DNA of 64,000 bases from Hydrolagus affinis (taxonomy: Eukaryota). The stretch covers positions 1 through 64,000 of the forward strand of contig JAAILG010000911.1 in NCBI GenBank assembly GCA_012026655.1, in the 5' to 3' direction. Within the stretch, counting starts at the first letter, position 1. Every line of letters begins with the position of its first letter. Of the stretch, positions 63,133 to 64,000 are shown in pieces. The notes beneath the pieces were generated by a model. That model was given only the letters and a program-made list of their open reading frames with translations, ran no database searches and was not told the DNA's origin. The position numbers were made by a program, and so were the translations under genes.

Positions 63133-64000
63133 TTGGCCTTTACTTCGAACTTGGATACAATAAATAGCTCTTGCAGTTCTTAGTGTTTGCCCACAGAACT
63201 TCATCTATTTATATCAAATGTAAGTATTATTATTACTCAGTGTACAATAGTGATGCAGAATTGCTGATTAAATGTATTGGAATGTTTTGCACGACTTGAG
63301 GGAACGAGAATGGAACTCTTACCTCTTAGTTTAGCAACATAACAGTGCTTAATCCCTGGCAAGGTAAGTTTCAAAAGCAGTCATATCCGTGAATGCTCTT
63401 CATTCCCCAGCTGTGGCTCAATATCTCCTAAGATGCACATAGATAGGCGATTGGGGAAGGAGTGTTCAATGTTTTTGATTGATTGAATTTCTGTTTGAAG
63501 ATGATTGGTTATATTGTCAGTGTGAAAGAATGAATATCTCAAGTGGCCTAGATACAGCCAGTCGAGGATGACCACCGAAAATCCATGAGACAGGAATACC
63601 TGGATCTACCCTGAGCATGAAAAAAACACAGTTTATGTTATACTTGTGCAAGGTTTCTAACATGCATCATCTCCCTGCCAAGTTTCACCAGATACAACTT
63701 CCTTGTAGACACTACTTTGATTACGCTATATTTTAAGAAAACTAAACAGCTGATGTCTGCAGGCATGCAAAACAACAATACTGTCGGTGAGAAAATGACT
63801 TATTTTACATTCCTTTCCCCATAGCCTTCTGTGGTCAGTGTTCAAGTTTATCAAAATAGTATTACCATTTTGTTCCTTCTGGACGTGTTTTACATTTTTA
63901 TCTGCTGCACTTTAAAAAAAAATGATCTTGTACCTTTCATCCCATATGTAAAACTTTTCTCTGGTATTCTCTCTCTCATCAGTATATTCTATCTCTACAA

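Noticed and set aside
14300-64000. Exons of ZNF536 or another host gene
   Set aside because: No C2H2 zinc-finger or other recognisable coding exon and no CpG-island promoter seen; short or non-coding exons cannot be excluded by eye.

Overview
Eukaryotic, vertebrate genomic DNA (AT-rich, CpG-depleted, GT-AG introns), so most entries in the six-frame ORF track are spurious. Bases 1191-13736 (+) hold the last eight coding exons of URI1 (unconventional prefoldin RPB5 interactor). They splice in frame into 454 codons plus a TGA, with a candidate polyA signal at 14257; the 5' exons lie upstream of the window. I see no host coding exon in the remaining ~50 kb, which fits the gene desert that follows URI1 towards ZNF536 in other vertebrates (recalled synteny, not visible here). 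The repeats are L2 and CR1 LINEs, a young tRNA-derived SINE, older Deu-domain SINEs, Penelope-type termini, a Tx1-clade LINE, and pogo/Tigger and hAT MITEs. This mix suggests a cartilaginous fish, possibly a chimaera (inference). There are two assembly gaps and no rRNA, tRNA gene or CRISPR array. The most unusual structures are (1) a Tx1-like LINE with an outward-facing 3' end and poly(A) at both ends, (2) an intronic Tigger-type MITE whose interior is a ~180-bp-arm foldback of the transposase 5' region, (3) two splice-site oddities in URI1, and (4) repeat-free, motif-dense blocks that may be ancient enhancers. The sequence alone does not support a claim of a wholly new biological system. Repeat family names come from recalled consensus sequences, not a database search.
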